Shown here: positions 40,943 through 41,209 of the stretch, piece after piece | Layout: each line of letters opens with the position of its first letter | Position numbering within the stretch: the first letter of the stretch is position 1 | Assembly: GCA_964431175.1 (NCBI GenBank) | Contig: CAYSIV010000010.1 | Coordinates: 2,194 to 43,402, forward strand | Direction: 5' to 3' | DNA from: an uncultured Anaerolineales bacterium | Lineage (GTDB): Bacteria > Chloroflexota > Anaerolineae > Anaerolineales > VGOW01 | Length of the DNA stretch: 41,209 nt | Program-made: the position numbers and the translations under genes | The notes under the pieces: generated by a model | What the model was told of the DNA's origin: nothing | The model's database searches: none | What the model saw: the letters and a program-made list of their open reading frames with translations, nothing else

Positions 40943-41119
40943 ATGAACACAACATTCACTTCTAGTTTCAAAAATATCAACATCGGCCAGAAGATACAGA
41001 GCGCGATGACCGTGGAGAGCGCCTTGCAAATCGCCGTGCGCGAAGTAGGCCGGGCGCTGGGCGGTTTGCCTACCCGTGTGAAGTTACACGCTGACGGGCC
41101 AATAAATGGCCAAGGATAA
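40943..41119 (+). CDS. Possible 58-aa small ORF (below the ORF-track length cutoff)
   Basis: My own translation is 'MNTTFTSSFKNINIGQKIQSAMTVESALQIAVREVGRALGGLPTRVKLHADGPINGQG*'. The 'VESALQIAVREVGRALG' segment reads like a GAF-domain first helix. The Shine-Dalgarno is weak and the local GC is lower. Confidence 0.3.
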   Translation: MNTTFTSSFKNINIGQKIQSAMTVESALQIAVREVGRALGGLPTRVKLHADGPINGQG

Positions 41120-41209
41120 ACCTCAGACGCCCATTTCCACGCGCTCACCACTTGAGAGCCTGTTTGATAAATCGAGTTTTGGCCGATTTTTGTAGGGCGA
41201 ATTGTCAAT

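Noticed and set aside
40876-41208. A 110-aa minus-strand ORF at the right edge of the window.
   Set aside because: There is no recognisable motif, the composition is odd, and it competes with a + strand small ORF. The window edge prevents assessment, so I do not call it as a gene.

Overview
A 41.2-kb high-GC bacterial chromosomal window, tightly packed and mostly on the + strand. My spot counts of 60-nt lines give about 60-65% GC. Gene style weakly suggests a Chloroflexota-like organism, but that is a guess. I saw no rRNA, tRNA, CRISPR array, transposase or integrase.

Gene content from left to right:
- Housekeeping and envelope genes: M20 peptidase, PrsW-like protease, DEAD-box helicase.
- An OmpR/HK pair, preceded by a small Gly/Trp-rich membrane protein.
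- A minus-strand block of VOC protein and AraC regulator.
- A 1367-aa STAND NTPase with 14 WD40 blades, translationally coupled to an upstream orphan 388-aa protein.
- prfA, then a low-GC 2.7-kb three-gene island, then prmC, a HAD hydrolase and tsaC. The island carries an SPPY amino-methyltransferase, a PD-(D/E)xK nuclease-like protein and a core-less paralog of that nuclease.
- Two glycosyltransferases.
- A compact ethanolamine ammonia-lyase / microcompartment locus: eutA, APC permease, eutB, eutC, eutL, BMC-H.
- Five two-component signalling genes in a row.

Most noteworthy:
1. The STAND-WD40 two-gene module (7748-13014), a candidate conflict or signalling system.
2. The methyltransferase/nuclease island inserted exactly in the prfA-prmC junction. 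It now supplies the prmC start codon.
3. A recurrent class of hairpin elements built from tandem 7-9-nt units. They sit at gene junctions and are sometimes inserted in-frame into genes.
4. A eut/BMC locus lacking aldehyde dehydrogenase and vertex protein, and interrupted by a 438-nt non-coding leader with a terminator-like hairpin.

All functional calls come from motif reading by eye. No database search was run.
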